Assembly: GCA_963803915.1 (NCBI GenBank) | Contig: CAWDOL010000015.1 | Span: 140,013-204,012, forward strand | Direction: 5' to 3' | DNA: 64,000 nt | DNA from: Candidatus Aminicenantes bacterium | GTDB lineage: Bacteria > Acidobacteriota > Aminicenantia > Aminicenantales > UBA4085 | Shown: positions 25,388-36,612 of the stretch, piece after piece | How the letters are laid out: each line of letters begins with the position of its first letter | Position numbering within the stretch: position 1 is the first letter of the stretch | The notes under the pieces: model-generated | Databases searched by the model: none | Told to the model about the DNA's origin: nothing | What the model saw: only the letters and a program-made list of their open reading frames with translations | Made by a program: the position numbers and the translations under genes

Positions 25388-25423
25388 GCCGCGGCCCCCT
25401 TCCGGCTATTGTGAGCTTGCAAA

Positions 25424-27253
25424 ATGAAAGAAAAAACGAGTGTCTTCATTCCCACACGGAAAGAGGAATATGGAAAAAGACGAGTCCGTTTAATATCGGG
25501 TTTTCTCCTATCAGGGCTTCTGTTCGGATCGCTGCTCCAGGCCCAAGTCCGGCCGGCTCATGTTTTCGACCACAACATGGTGTTGCAGCGCGACAAACCG
25601 GTCAGAATCTGGGGCTGGGCGGCACCGGATGAGAAGGTAAAAGTCGAATTCGGAGGACAAGTTAAGTCAACGGTTGCCAACCCGCAGGGTGAATGGTGCG
25701 CCTGGCTGGATGCCATGAGCGCAAACGCTCAACCGTCGGATATGAGAATTTCAGGCCGGGCGAGCTCCGTGCGGTTCACAAATGTTCTGGTCGGAGATGT
25801 CTGGGTTCTGGGAGGTCAAAGCAATATGGAATTTGACCTGGCCCGGATCTTCCACGGTGACGCGGAAATTCTATCGGCCCATTTCCCATTGATTCGCCTG
25901 ATGACCGTACCCAGCTCGGCCGATCTGAAGCCCCAAAAAGACTTTGAACGCATCAATGAGTACGATAGCTGGCTCGACCGGTATGACAAAAAGGGATTCT
26001 GGTTTGTATGTTCGCCGGAAACGGTTCCCACGTTCTCGGGAATAGGCTATGTCTTCGGCAGGCGCCTCCATCTGGCCGCTCAAGTTCCCATCGGCTTAGT
26101 GGACGTATCATTGGGCGGCACCACCGTCGAGGCCTGGCTTTCTCCGCAGACGTTAAGCAAAATGCCCGAAAACAGCTCCTTGCTGAAGCAATGGAATGAA
26201 AAAGCGGCCCATTATGATCCGGATAAGGATCTCAAGGAAAAAATCAAGAACTGGGAGACTCGAAGCGCGGAGAGGCTAAAAAAGGGCCTGGAGACGGAGC
26301 CGAAACCCGTTGCGCCTTCTCCCCATCCCGCTTTTGACCGAAATTTCCCCGGTTCATCCTATACGGGGATGGTCTCCGTGATAGCCGGGCTGGCCATAAA
26401 AGGAGTCGTGTTTCATCAGGGATACAATAATGCGCTTGAAGATTCCCGTCCCAAGCAGTATGCCTCCAACTTCAAGGCGCTGATCAACGATTGGAGGGAA
26501 ACGTTCAAGGACGCGAATTTGCCCTTTGGCATCATCGAGTTCAGCGCCGGCGGTGAACCGCAAACGCTCGATAATTACGAGGTCAGGATGCTGGATCCGT
26601 CACCGTTTGTTCGGGAGGCACAGTTTAACGCCTTTCGGACTGTCCCCCTTACCGGATTTGTTTGCTCCTATGACCAGCAGGTCAACTGGTACCATCCCCA
26701 GAAAAAGATGGAAGCCGCCGAAAGGATGGCGCGTTGGGCTTTGTCGACGCAGTATGGTTTCAACCTTAAATGGGAGCCGGCCGTTTGCACTAATGTTGAA
26801 AGACGAAAAGATAAAATCATCATCACCTTCGATAAGGAGGTCAAGGCTTCCGATGACCGTCCTTTCGAAGGCTTCTCAACGGCGGGAAGCGATGGCCGTT
26901 TCTTTCCCGCCCAAGCGGCCTATGTGACGACAAAAAATGAAAAAGGGCAGCCGGTATTCGACAAGAAAAAGATCGAAGTGTGGACTAGCCTATGTGCCGA
27001 TCCGGTTGAGGTCCGTTATGCCTGGGCCCGAAATCCGTTGGGAAATCTGGTTAGCTTGGAGTGCCCGATCATTCCCGTGCCGCCGTTTCGAACCGATGAT
27101 TGGAGCTATCCCGAGGCTCCTTATCAAGCGGATGAGTACGCGGCTCATAGAATTCGAATGAAAGAAATGCGAAGGCAGGCGGAAGAGCTGGCACGGCTCA
27201 GGATCCTTCGGGAGGCCGAACAAAAATTGAACGAGAGAGAAGAATTGAAATGA
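25424..27253 (+). CDS. Sialate O-acetylesterase family (SASA/DUF303, SGNH-like), copy 1
   Basis: 609 aa with a signal peptide. Hallmark VGDVWVLGGQSNMEFDL, then GGTTVEAW and VVFHQGYNNA. Near-identical paralog at 57849-59654. Confidence 0.85.
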   Translation: MKEKTSVFIPTRKEEYGKRRVRLISGFLLSGLLFGSLLQAQVRPAHVFDHNMVLQRDKPVRIWGWAAPDEKVKVEFGGQVKSTVANPQGEWCAWLDAMSANAQPSDMRISGRASSVRFTNVLVGDVWVLGGQSNMEFDLARIFHGDAEILSAHFPLIRLMTVPSSADLKPQKDFERINEYDSWLDRYDKKGFWFVCSPETVPTFSGIGYVFGRRLHLAAQVPIGLVDVSLGGTTVEAWLSPQTLSKMPENSSLLKQWNEKAAHYDPDKDLKEKIKNWETRSAERLKKGLETEPKPVAPSPHPAFDRNFPGSSYTGMVSVIAGLAIKGVVFHQGYNNALEDSRPKQYASNFKALINDWRETFKDANLPFGIIEFSAGGEPQTLDNYEVRMLDPSPFVREAQFNAFRTVPLTGFVCSYDQQVNWYHPQKKMEAAERMARWALSTQYGFNLKWEPAVCTNVERRKDKIIITFDKEVKASDDRPFEGFSTAGSDGRFFPAQAAYVTTKNEKGQPVFDKKKIEVWTSLCADPVEVRYAWARNPLGNLVSLECPIIPVPPFRTDDWSYPEAPYQADEYAAHRIRMKEMRRQAEELARLRILREAEQKLNEREELK

Positions 27254-27282
27254 ACGCGTGAGCAACGACGTTCGTCTCTCGT

Positions 27283-30153
27283 TCATAGGATGTTATCCAG
27301 CGTCTCCCAATTGAGCGAGTGAGCTGGCTCAAAGCGCTCCGAGCCGGCGTAGCGCAGCAGGCTGTGCATCAGCTGGCGCGCCTCGGGATGGTCCTGAAGC
27401 GCCGGCAGGTCGCTGGCGCAGACCAGCAGCTTGCCCCGGCCGACTTTGGCCTCGAAGAGCAGGCCCAGCTTGTGATTGCGGGCGAAGTTGTCGATGACAT
27501 GAATGATCGGGCGATAATCCGCCGGGGTTTCGTCCAAGATGATCGGCCGCGAGTTCTTGACGATGGGCCACCACTGCCAGTTGCTGTGAAACTCCGTCGG
27601 AAACTCCGCCAGCGCGGGATGGCTCGGATCGCAGAGGAACCCCTGCGTACCCGGCGCCGGCTCGATGTTTTGCGCCAGGGCGGCTTTCGCGAACATGGGC
27701 CAGCACCAAAAGTCGGTGGCAAACGCGCCGCCCACGGTGTGCTTGGGATCGTTCGTCCGGGAAAACAACAGGACCTTTCCGCCCTCGGATAGGAATGTCC
27801 GCGTCGTCGCGTCGAGGCGATTCGTCACCAGAACTTCCTTGAGCGTGCTGGTATCAACCTTGGGCGGAAAGACCCAGAGGTCATAGCTGTTGCGGCAATC
27901 TGTTCCCTCGATGGCGATGGTCAGCTTGACCTGGCGCGGGGCCTTGACCCGGTTCAGCGCAGCTTGTATCGGCCCGACGGAACCAAGCCCTCCCTCCTTG
28001 ATCGTCAGCGGTCCCAGCGCTCCCTCCGCGATCGGCGAGCCTTCGCCATCGCGGAGGGTCCAGTTCACACGGGCTTCGTGGAGGTCGGCCGGGCCATAGT
28101 GGGCAACCCTGACCTCGCCGGTGAAGGTTTCGTCCGTGGTCCAGGCGTATTTCTCCAGCAAGAGGAGCGGCACGGTTTCGCTGCAAAACTCCCGCCATTT
28201 GTCCGGCCTGGTGATTCCCTTCGACTCCATGAACACGTTCAGCATCCCCACCAGCGCCGTTCCCTGCCCGGGGAAATCCATCAAGTCCAGCCAGTGAAAA
28301 CCGCTTAATCCGGGCGTGCGCAACGCGGCCTCGAGGTCCTCGCGCTGGCAGATGGCGGCCAAGGCGCCGGAGGCCCGCAGGAAGTCGTGGGAGAGATCCA
28401 GCATGCCGGCGTCCCGCAGGCGCTGCTGAAAGATCTCCAGGTTCCGCGCCTTGAGCACGCCCGTGTATTTCGGGATCTCGCGAAAGTCCGGGGCCATCGC
28501 GAATTCGGCGATTTCGTGGCTGATGACCGGCACCGGCACGTCCTGGATCGATTCGTCGTAATTCACCAGGGACGAAGGCGGACGGCTGTCGATGTGGCCG
28601 CCTTGGGGGAAATCGCCGGCGAAGAACGCGCCGCGCACGGGCAGGTTCTTTCCGGTCTTGCCCGTCACCCAGAAATCGTCGCCTTCCGCGTAGCTCGGAT
28701 CCCAATGGTTGTTGTTCGCCCCTTGGGCGTAGAGTCGGCGCGGATCGCGCTTTTGAAAGCGGGCCACCAGCTCGAACATGGCCGGCTTGCGCTCGAGCTC
28801 GTTGCCGAGCGTGAATAGGACGAAGGACGGGTGATTGCCGAAATGCCGGAAGATCAATTCGGCCTCGCGCAGCGCGTAGTCGTACAGCGAGGCGTTGGGG
28901 TCGGCGCCCGGCACGTCAAGATAGTCGATGTTCCGCTTGGCCGCCTCCGTGCTCTCGGGCGCCTGGAACGCGCTGCGCTTGTTGGGCAGCTCGACCTGGA
29001 AATACATCCCCAGCTCATCCGCCGCCGCGAAGGCGGCCTCGGGGGGGCACCAGGAATGAAAGCGGACGTGGTTGAGCCCCCAATCCTTGAGAATCCCCAA
29101 AACCCGCAGCCAGCCGGCCTTGTCCATGGGCGGATAGCCGGTCAGTGGATAGTTGGCGCAGTCCAGCCGCCCGCGCAGAAAGATCGTCCGCCCGTTGATC
29201 GCAAGCCGCTGCCTGTCCCGCTTGAAATCGCGCAGCCCGAAGCGGACGGCGCGTTGATCGGTAAAGGACTGCCCGCCGGCGACGGCGGACAACCGCAATT
29301 CCAGCCCCAGCATGGCCGGCTGAAACTCATCCCACAGCGGCGCCGCTTCGCCCGGCTGATAGATGAACTCGACCCTGTTGCGCGCTTCCGGCGCCTGCAC
29401 GACGATGGATTGTGCGGCGAAGTCCGCCGGCCTGACGACATTGGCGCTCCGGCATTGCAGCGCCAGCTCTCCGGTCGCCGGCTGCCCCGTCACATTCCCC
29501 ACCACCACCCGGACGCGCGCCTGCTTGCCGGCCGCGTCGGGATAGACCTGCACGTCCTCGATCCAGACCGGGTCCGTGGCGCGGAGCTCGAGCCGGCCGA
29601 TGATGCCGTTCCAATTGGTCTGGGTCCGCTCGTCCACCGCGTGGGAGGGCCCGACCGGCGGCAGCTTGGCGTTGTCCACCAGCACGGTTATCGTGTGGCG
29701 ACCGAGCCTGAGAGCGCGCGTAAGGTCAAAAACCTGCGGGGCGCTGAGCGTGTCGTCGGCGCCGCAATCCCCGTCATCCACCCATACCCGCGTGCTCTTG
29801 GTGCGCTCCAGCAGCAGGGTGATCCGCTTGCCTTGCCAAGCCTCGGGAATGACCACCTCGCGCTGATACCAGGCGGGGCCTTTCCAGTACCAGACGCGGG
29901 AGAGGCGATCTTCAGCCCGCTCGTCCTTGAGCTCCCCCTTGTGATTGGTGTCGGTCGTGCCGGGCAGGGTCACCGAGTCATCCAGCTTCTCGGCGAACCA
30001 CCTCATCGCGACGCCGGTGTTGTGCGGATCCAGACGGAATTGCCAGGCGCCGGCCAGGGGAATGGTGTTCGCCGGGGGAAGAGCCGCTGGGCCGTGGGCG
30101 GCTGCCAAGCTCAGGTACGCGATGGACACAAGCCAGGCCGTTATCTTGGGCAT
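27283..30153 (-). CDS. Glycoside hydrolase family 2-like enzyme (sugar-binding + TIM-barrel), secreted
   Basis: The ATG at 30153 gives signal peptide MPKITAWLVSIAYLSLAAAHG. Motifs: WYWKGPAWYQREVVIPEAWQGKRITLLLERTKSTRVWVDD and LNHVRFHSWCPPEAAFAAADELGMYFQVELPN. The 100 codons upstream in the ORF track look non-coding. Confidence 0.75.
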   Translation of the reverse strand: MPKITAWLVSIAYLSLAAAHGPAALPPANTIPLAGAWQFRLDPHNTGVAMRWFAEKLDDSVTLPGTTDTNHKGELKDERAEDRLSRVWYWKGPAWYQREVVIPEAWQGKRITLLLERTKSTRVWVDDGDCGADDTLSAPQVFDLTRALRLGRHTITVLVDNAKLPPVGPSHAVDERTQTNWNGIIGRLELRATDPVWIEDVQVYPDAAGKQARVRVVVGNVTGQPATGELALQCRSANVVRPADFAAQSIVVQAPEARNRVEFIYQPGEAAPLWDEFQPAMLGLELRLSAVAGGQSFTDQRAVRFGLRDFKRDRQRLAINGRTIFLRGRLDCANYPLTGYPPMDKAGWLRVLGILKDWGLNHVRFHSWCPPEAAFAAADELGMYFQVELPNKRSAFQAPESTEAAKRNIDYLDVPGADPNASLYDYALREAELIFRHFGNHPSFVLFTLGNELERKPAMFELVARFQKRDPRRLYAQGANNNHWDPSYAEGDDFWVTGKTGKNLPVRGAFFAGDFPQGGHIDSRPPSSLVNYDESIQDVPVPVISHEIAEFAMAPDFREIPKYTGVLKARNLEIFQQRLRDAGMLDLSHDFLRASGALAAICQREDLEAALRTPGLSGFHWLDLMDFPGQGTALVGMLNVFMESKGITRPDKWREFCSETVPLLLLEKYAWTTDETFTGEVRVAHYGPADLHEARVNWTLRDGEGSPIAEGALGPLTIKEGGLGSVGPIQAALNRVKAPRQVKLTIAIEGTDCRNSYDLWVFPPKVDTSTLKEVLVTNRLDATTRTFLSEGGKVLLFSRTNDPKHTVGGAFATDFWCWPMFAKAALAQNIEPAPGTQGFLCDPSHPALAEFPTEFHSNWQWWPIVKNSRPIILDETPADYRPIIHVIDNFARNHKLGLLFEAKVGRGKLLVCASDLPALQDHPEARQLMHSLLRYAGSERFEPAHSLNWETLDNIL

Positions 30154-30298
30154 CGTCTTGGATCTTCCGTGTGCTTCGGAGCTTTCATCGGCTAAGCCTC
30201 CCTGCAGAGAGATTCTGCCAGAAAACTCACATGGTGTCTGTATCCGTTTTGCGGGATAAGGTCCGCGTCTGTTTATCCGGATGTTCGAGTTCGCCCGC

Positions 30299-30327
30299 TT
30301 GACTTCCATCCACCGCTCCCATAAATT
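30299..30327 (+). promoter_or_regulatory. Sigma70-like promoter candidate for the 30367 gene
   Basis: TTGACT (30299-30304), a 17-nt spacer, then TAAATT (30322-30327), about 40 nt upstream of the ATG. Confidence 0.35.
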
Positions 30328-30366
30328 GAAAAGGCTCGCCATTGCGAAGAGAAGAGGGATCGGATC

Positions 30367-31593
30367 ATGAAGGTAGACAAGCTTTTCTCGGCCCTTCTCT
30401 CGGCCGGCCTTGCCGCGCTGCTCGTTCTTTCCCTTTCTCCAGGCCTGAACGGACAATCCGGGAGCGACGCCTCACGGCTGCTCGGCAAATGGTCCGGACG
30501 AACGGAGTTCGGCCAGCTCGTCCTTGAGTTCCGTTCCGCCACCCAGCTCGTCTTCGAGGGCGACGTCGTGAGCTATAAGCTGCTCCCCGGAATCATCCGC
30601 ATTGAGGATGAGGACGGAACGACTGATTATCGCTACGCCTTCCGCGGCGACACGCTCGTCGTATCCTTCCCGGAGGGTATCCAGGTTGAGTTCACCAGAC
30701 TCGGTGCCCCTCCGAAACCCCTGCCTGCCCCGCTCGCGGGAACAAAGCCCGGCCGGTCTGAGCCGACGCCGTCGGCCGCAGGTAGGGGAGCGGAAATCGG
30801 CGCCCCGGGCATCGCCTCCTCGCCGCAGATCGGGGCCGGAGAAGCAGGGGATGCCGGATGGGGATTCAAGTTCCAGCCGCCTGCCGGCTGGAAGTTCCAG
30901 AGCTCGCCAGAAGGCATCTTCCTGGGCCACGACACGGTTGCCGGGATGATCCTCGTCCTCCCTCACACGGCCGCGAACATCCAAGCCGTCCGGGAGCAGA
31001 TGATGCTGGGGCTCCACGAAGAGGGCCTGGACCTCACGCCGGCCGGGGGCTTGCGCCCTGCGGGGGCATCGGCCCTGGCCGGGGACTATGAAGGCGTCGT
31101 CCAGGGCGGGCAGGCCAAAGCCCTCGGTCTCGGGACTCTATCGCCGTTCGGCGGCGGCGCTTTCATTGTCGCGCTGACCACACCCGAGAAGTTTGGCCGG
31201 GAGCTGCCCGCGGCAGCCGAGACAATCGCCCGAAACATGAGGTACTTTCGCGTCGAAGCCTCCGAGGTCATGAGCCACTTCGCCGGCACTTGGGTTACGA
31301 TGACCAAAAGCACGGAGACGCGCTTCACCCTGACGCCCGCGGGTGAGTTCTACTCCGGCTACGAAGCGAGCTATTCAGGACGGTTCGACGATGGCGGCGC
31401 GTGGGGGACGGCAAGCAACAGCAGCGATCGCGGGCGCTGGACCGTTCGCGGCGACAAGCGGCAGGGCCAGATCATCCTCACCTATTCGAACGGCCGTCAA
31501 GTTCAGATTCCGTACAGAGTCCAAGTCGAGAGGGGGGAGACATTCTGGAACGAGTACTGGTTCAACGGAGATCTTTATGGAAGACGGCGATGA
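30367..31593 (+). CDS. Hypothetical secreted protein
   Basis: 408-aa ORF with a signal peptide (LSAGLAALLVLSLSPGLNG) and coding-like composition. No family motif recognised. Confidence 0.5.
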   Translation: MKVDKLFSALLSAGLAALLVLSLSPGLNGQSGSDASRLLGKWSGRTEFGQLVLEFRSATQLVFEGDVVSYKLLPGIIRIEDEDGTTDYRYAFRGDTLVVSFPEGIQVEFTRLGAPPKPLPAPLAGTKPGRSEPTPSAAGRGAEIGAPGIASSPQIGAGEAGDAGWGFKFQPPAGWKFQSSPEGIFLGHDTVAGMILVLPHTAANIQAVREQMMLGLHEEGLDLTPAGGLRPAGASALAGDYEGVVQGGQAKALGLGTLSPFGGGAFIVALTTPEKFGRELPAAAETIARNMRYFRVEASEVMSHFAGTWVTMTKSTETRFTLTPAGEFYSGYEASYSGRFDDGGAWGTASNSSDRGRWTVRGDKRQGQIILTYSNGRQVQIPYRVQVERGETFWNEYWFNGDLYGRRR

Positions 31594-31645
31594 GAGAAGG
31601 CTGCTTTGCGCTCTTCCGTTGCAGCGGCACTGCCAAAGGCAAGTG

Positions 31646-32154
31646 ATGCCGAGACGCCGTCCCGCCCCGTCTCTCGTCGCCGCCCAGGCCGTCAAGGTCC
31701 AGTTTGGCCTCGATGCCAACGCCACGGCGAGGGCCTTGCGGGCCGAGGGCTACTTGGGCGGGATGATCGCCACGGGGGTGTCGTCGTGGCCCTGGCCCAG
31801 CATTACCGGCCGGACCCGGACGGCGTCGTCAACGCCCTGAAGGCCGCCGGCTATTCCCTTGACGAATTCGGCTCGCCTCTCATCCAAGCCTTCGGCCTGG
31901 CCTTGAACGACTTTGCCGCTCTCATGAAGCGGACCCTTTACTCCGTGGGCGCGATGGTCCGCGTCATGGTCCAACGGATGAGCAAGCCGATCGACGCGGC
32001 CGCGGCGCTTGTCGTCGGATACGCGCTCAGGACCGCGCGCGAGGTGACCGCCGCCCTCAAAGAAGGCGGCTACCAGCGGACGGCCCTCGGTGCGGTCTTC
32101 GGCCTGACGTTTGTCCGGATCGGCCAGCTCCTGGCGTCGCTGGGCATCGGGTGA
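31646..32154 (+). pseudogene. Hypothetical helical-repeat protein, frame broken in a G-run at 31774-31778
   Basis: A recurring unit appears in two frames: ARALRAEGY (31343 ORF frame), then NALKAAGYSLDEF and TAALKEGGYQRTAL (31606 ORF frame). Start is uncertain (31577 or 31646). Confidence 0.3.
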
Positions 32155-32200
32155 GGGACCCGTCACTGGCCCGGCGCTACGGACCTTCGAGTTAAGGCCA

Positions 32201-33951
32201 TCAGCCGCGGCGGGTCTTCTTTTTCCCCATCCGCATCAGCAGCCCCATGGCGACCAGGGCCAGGGCCACGGCGAAGTCGATGCGGAAGGCGGGTGCATCC
32301 TTGTAGAGTGTCAGGACGAGCAGCGAGACGGCCGCGACCAGCGCCCCGAAGGCCGCCAGCATGAACCCGATGACCCCGAAGGGCGAAAGGGCATCGCTCT
32401 TGGCGCCCTCGAAAAGGAAGGGCGTCTTCAGATCGGCGAAGAAAGCCGCGACCCGTTGCTTCTCGCCCTCCGGCGTCGGGCGCGAGGCCGTCCCGATGAC
32501 CATCCCGAGGATCGTGGCCGTGACGCTCACGACCGTGGCCGCGGAGTTCCAGCCGCTGCGGAGCCAGAACTCGAGCCTCGGGTCGGCTTTCATCGCCTCG
32601 GCGTAGACCTGGACCAGGATAGAAGTTCGTCAGGACCAGGAGCACGCCCGTGACGCAGCCCGCCGTCAGCCCCCACAGCGTCCCCCGCGCGTTGAACTTT
32701 CTTGAACAGCAGGCCGAAGATCAGCGGAATCATGGTGGCCGGCCCGAAGGCGCTGAAGACGCGGAACATGATGTCCATCAGGTTGAAGCCCTGCAGGGCG
32801 TTGAACAGCATGGCCAGCAGCACCGTGACCGTCCCGATCAGCACCGTGAAGGCGCGGCCGGTGAAGATTTCCTGCTTCTCGGTCAGTCCGGGCTTGATCT
32901 TCCTCTTGAAGAAGTCGCGGGTCAGGACGCCGGACAGGGTGTTGAACTCCGAGCCCAGGGTGGACATCGTCGAGCTGATGACCGAGGCCAGGATCAGGCC
33001 CATCATCCCGACCGGCAGGATCTTCAGGCTGATCAGGGCGTAGACTTCCTTGGCGTTGGCGATCCCGGGCAGCAGCACCCGGGCCGCGATGCCCGGCAGG
33101 AAGAAGATCGGCGGCATGACGAACATCAGGCCGGCGATCAGGGCGATCATCTTGCCGATCTCCTTCTCGCTCTTCAGGGTGTTGTACTTCTGGACCAGGG
33201 CCCAGCTGGCGTTGTAGGAGAGGACGGTGACCAGGAAGACGGTGAAGACGAGGTAGGACCAGCCGTAGGGCTCCGGGGCCGGGTTGAAGAAGCCGGCCGG
33301 CAGCGCCCGGGCGAAATCCCCCAGGTTGCCGATCCTGCCCAGGGTCAGGATGAAGAGGGTGATGACCGAAACGGCCAGGATGGAGACGTTGACGAAGTCG
33401 GTGATCATGACCGTCATCTGGCCGCCCATGAACGAATACAGGATCATGACCAGCCCGATGATGGCCATGAAGGCGGTGATCGAGAGCCCCAGCCCGCGCA
33501 GGGCCACGGCGAAGATGATCGAGGTCGAGAGGATCTTCAGGGCGTTGTCGAACATGCGCAGCGGCAGGCCGGTCCAGACGAAGACCTGGTGGACGATCGG
33601 GCTGTAGCGGCGCTCCATGAAGCCGAGCGGGGTCATGACCCGGGCCCGCCGCCAGCGGCGGGCCGTGAGCAGCCCGCCCAGCACGATGCAGAGCGGGCTG
33701 ATCCACAGGATGACGACGGCCACGATGCCGTACTTGTAGGCGATCTCGTTGTAGATGACGAAGAGCAGGGCGCTGAACGAGGCCTTGTAGAACGACGTCC
33801 CGGCCAGCCACCAGGGCATGACGTTGCCGGCCGCGAAGTAGTCCTTGGCTTTCCGGATGTAGCGGGCCGAGGCCAGGCCGACGCCGACGACGACGATGAA
33901 ATAGGAGAGGATGACCAGGTAGTCGGGAAGCCGGATGCCCTGGTCGTCCAT
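32201..33951 (-). pseudogene. Sodium:solute symporter (SSS) family transporter, two frame breaks near the 3' end
   Basis: Start MDDQGIRLPDYLVILSYFIVVVGVGL.. with about 13 TM segments. The frame shifts at about 32697 (AAG-AAA-G-TTC) and about 32617 (TTC-TAT-C-CTG). Joining the three frames gives ..LFKKFNARGTLWGLTAGCVTGVLLVLTNFYLVQVYAEAMKADPRLEFW.. Confidence 0.8.
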
Positions 33952-35248
33952 CACAGCTCCGAGAGGACGCCGTCCAGAATCGGCCACCGAGGCGTCGATC
34001 TGCTCCGGCGTGATGACCAGGGGCGGGGCCACCCGCATGACGTTGCCGTGCAGGCCGAGCTTGCCGCACATCAGGCCCCTGCTCCACGCACTCGAGGACG
34101 ATTGCCTTGGCCAGGTCCGTGGCCGGCTCCTTGGTCTCGCGGTCGAGCACGAACTCGATTCCGTACACGAGCCCCATGCCCCGGACGTCGCCGATCACCG
34201 GGTGCTTAGCCATCAGGTCGAGAAGCTTTCCCTTGAGATAGGCGCCGTTGCGGACGGCCTTCTCCAGGAGGCCCTCCTTCTCGATGATCTCGAGGACGGC
34301 CAGCGAGCCGGCGCAGCTCAGCGGGTTCCCGCCCAGGGTCGAGGACATCTCGCCCCGCTCGAGGCAGGCGAAGACTCTCGGCCCGGGTCAGGAGGGCCGC
34401 AATGGGCGCGCCGCTGCCGATCCCCTTGCCGAGGACGAGGATGTCGGGAGCGAGGGATTCGTGCTCCAGGGCCCACATCGTCCCGGTGCGGCCGAAGGAG
34501 GACTGGACCTCGTCCAGGATGAAGAGCAGACCCCGGCTTTTGGCCCAGGCCTCGAGCTTCTTGAGGCAGCCCGGGGGAGGGAAGACGAATCCGGCCGTGC
34601 CCTGGTAGGGCTCGACGATGACGGCGGCCAGGGAGCCGGAGGATTGGACCTCGACGGTCTGGTCGAGGAAAGTCAGGCAGAAACAGATCGCATTCCGGAT
34701 GGGTTTTGCCGAAGGGACAGCGATAGCAATACGGGTAGGGAGCCAGGATCGTGCCCGGGACAAGCGGCCCGTAGCTGCGGCGGATCTTGGGGATGCCGCT
34801 CAGGCTCATGGGGCCGAAGGTCCGGCCGTGGAAGCCGCCCCAGAAGGAGACGATCTCGTACTTGTCGGTGAATCGTTTGGCCAGGCGCATGGCCGCGTCC
34901 ATGGCCTCGGAGCCGGTGGTCAGGAAGATGACCTTGTCCAGGTGCGGCGGCGCGGCCCGCACGATCTTCTCGGCCAGTCGCAGCCGCTCCGGGGTCGGAA
35001 AGTCGAAGGTGTTGAGGAGTCTCGCGGCCTGGCTCGGCCAGGGCTTCGGCCAGGACGGGATGGGCGTGGCCGACGTTGGCCACCAGCACGCCCGAGGTCC
35101 AGTCGATGTAGTGCTTCCCGTCGACGTCCCAGATCTCGGCTCCCGAGGCGTGATCCCAGACGACCGGCGCCTGCCAGTTCATGCATTCGGGCTCGTAGGT
35201 CCGGGACTTTTCCAGGAGCTCTTGGGTTTTCGGCCGGGAGTTTGTCAT
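33951..35248 (-). pseudogene. Class III (omega-type) aminotransferase, at least five frame breaks
   Basis: Segments lie in alternating frames: DGKHYIDWTSGVLVANVGHAHP / LLNTFDFPTPERLRLAEKIV..TTGSEAMDAAMRLAK / AAVIVEPYQGTAGFVFPP..ILDEVQSSFGRTG / MSSTLGGNPLSCA / GNVMRVAPPLVIT / ILDGVLSEL*. Breaks are at about 35031, 34682, 34376, 34076 and 33981. The stop overlaps the SSS start (TGATG). Confidence 0.8.
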
Positions 35249-35382
35249 GGTCGGCTCCTTGCTTCCGTTGAGTGTCTGCCCTTATTTTCTCCGCGCCCGG
35301 CCGCGTGTCAAGCGACCCCGACGGGACGCCCGATGCGGCAACCCTGGCCGTGATGGGCGCAGAGTGCTAGAATCAGCCCATC

Positions 35383-36612
35383 ATGGATGAGAGGGTTCTT
35401 CGGGCCGTCGACGACAATCTCGAGGGGGCGCTGGAAATCCTGCGCGGGCTGATCGAGATCCCGTCCACGAGGGGCGAAGAGAAGGGCCCGGCCCGATTCC
35501 TCCAGCCGCGCCTGGCAGGCCTGGCCGATTCGGCCGAGCTCGTCCCCGTCCCCGATTCCATCCGGGACGACCCCGACTATTCCTTCCCGCTCGACGGCTT
35601 CCGCTACACGGGCGAGGCCAATCTGCGGGCTGCATCAAGGGGAACGGAGCGGGCCGCAGCCTGGCTCTCAATACCCACTTGGACGTCGTGCCCGCGACAC
35701 CCGGACAGGTCGAGCCCTTCAAGGCGCGGATCGAAAACGGCTGGGTCCACGGCCGCGGGGCCTGCGATGCCAAGGGGCAGGCGGCCGTCATCTGGCTCGT
35801 CCTCAAGTCCCTGGCCGATCTGGGCCTGCGCCCCGGGGGAGACCTGACCGCGGATTTCGTCGTCGAGGAAGAGTGCGGCGGCAACGGGACGCTCCTGGTG
35901 CAGCGAAACGGCCTGGCTGCCGACGGCGCGATCGTCCTCGAGCCTACCGGCCTCGACGTCGTCCATCTTGTGCGCGGGGCCGTTTGGTTCGAAGTGCGGA
36001 CGTCGGGTGTGGCCGGCCACAGCGGCAGCCCCGGCACGACCGTCAGCGCCCTGAAAGAGGCCGTCGAGGTCATGCGGGCCATCGAGGCTCTCAGGGAGGA
36101 GACGCTGGCCGTGTCGCGGCAAGCCGTACCCGAGATCGCGGACCACCCCAACCCGGCGCCCTGCACTTTCGGCATGCTCCATTCGGGCGTCTGGCCGGCC
36201 GCCGCGCCGGACGAGGCCGTCCTCAAGGGCGTGTTCGGGTTTCTGCCTCCCTTCCAGCCGGCGGCAAATCCAGACTCGCCTGGCGGAAGCCGTGCGCCCC
36301 TTCCGGGCGGAAGTCCGGTTTACGATGCTGCGCAACGATCCGTCCAGCGTCCCCCCGGCGCATCCCTTGCCGCAGACCCTGCTTGCGGCCTGCCGCGAGG
36401 CCGGTCTCGCGGCCCGGCCGGCCTTCATGAACGCCTCGTGCGACGCCTGGCGATACACGGAAGGGCTGGGCATTCCGGCCGTCGTCTTCGGTGCCGGCTC
36501 CATCGGGACGGCGCACGGCCGGGACGAGCGGGTGGCTGTCGACGATCTCAGAAAGGCGGCCTCCGCCATCATCCGATTCATCGATCAATGGAGCGGGCTC
36601 GAACATGTCTGA
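35383..36612 (+). pseudogene. Peptidase M20 (ArgE/DapE/deacylase-like), two frame breaks
   Basis: LNTHLDVVPA, GRGACDAKG and VVEEECGGNG. The C-terminal part ..NASCDAWRYTEGLGIPAVVFGAGSIGTAHGRDERV.. is in a third frame. Breaks are at about 35631 (-1) and about 36263 (+1). Confidence 0.8.

Noticed and set aside
27254-27282. Possible terminator hairpin between the convergent esterase and GH2 genes.
   Set aside because: Only a 4-bp stem (GACG-TT-CGTC) could be drawn and there is no U-tract.
30154-30456. N-terminal 100 codons of the 1057-aa ORF (and similar 5' extensions of ORFs at 5416, 8972, 14434, 20176, 36491, 37600, 45326, 54439, 57713, 57747, 61462).
   Set aside because: Internal ATGs preceded by GGAGG-like RBS, followed by signal peptides or conserved N-termini, are better starts. 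The extensions overlap divergent promoters or upstream genes.
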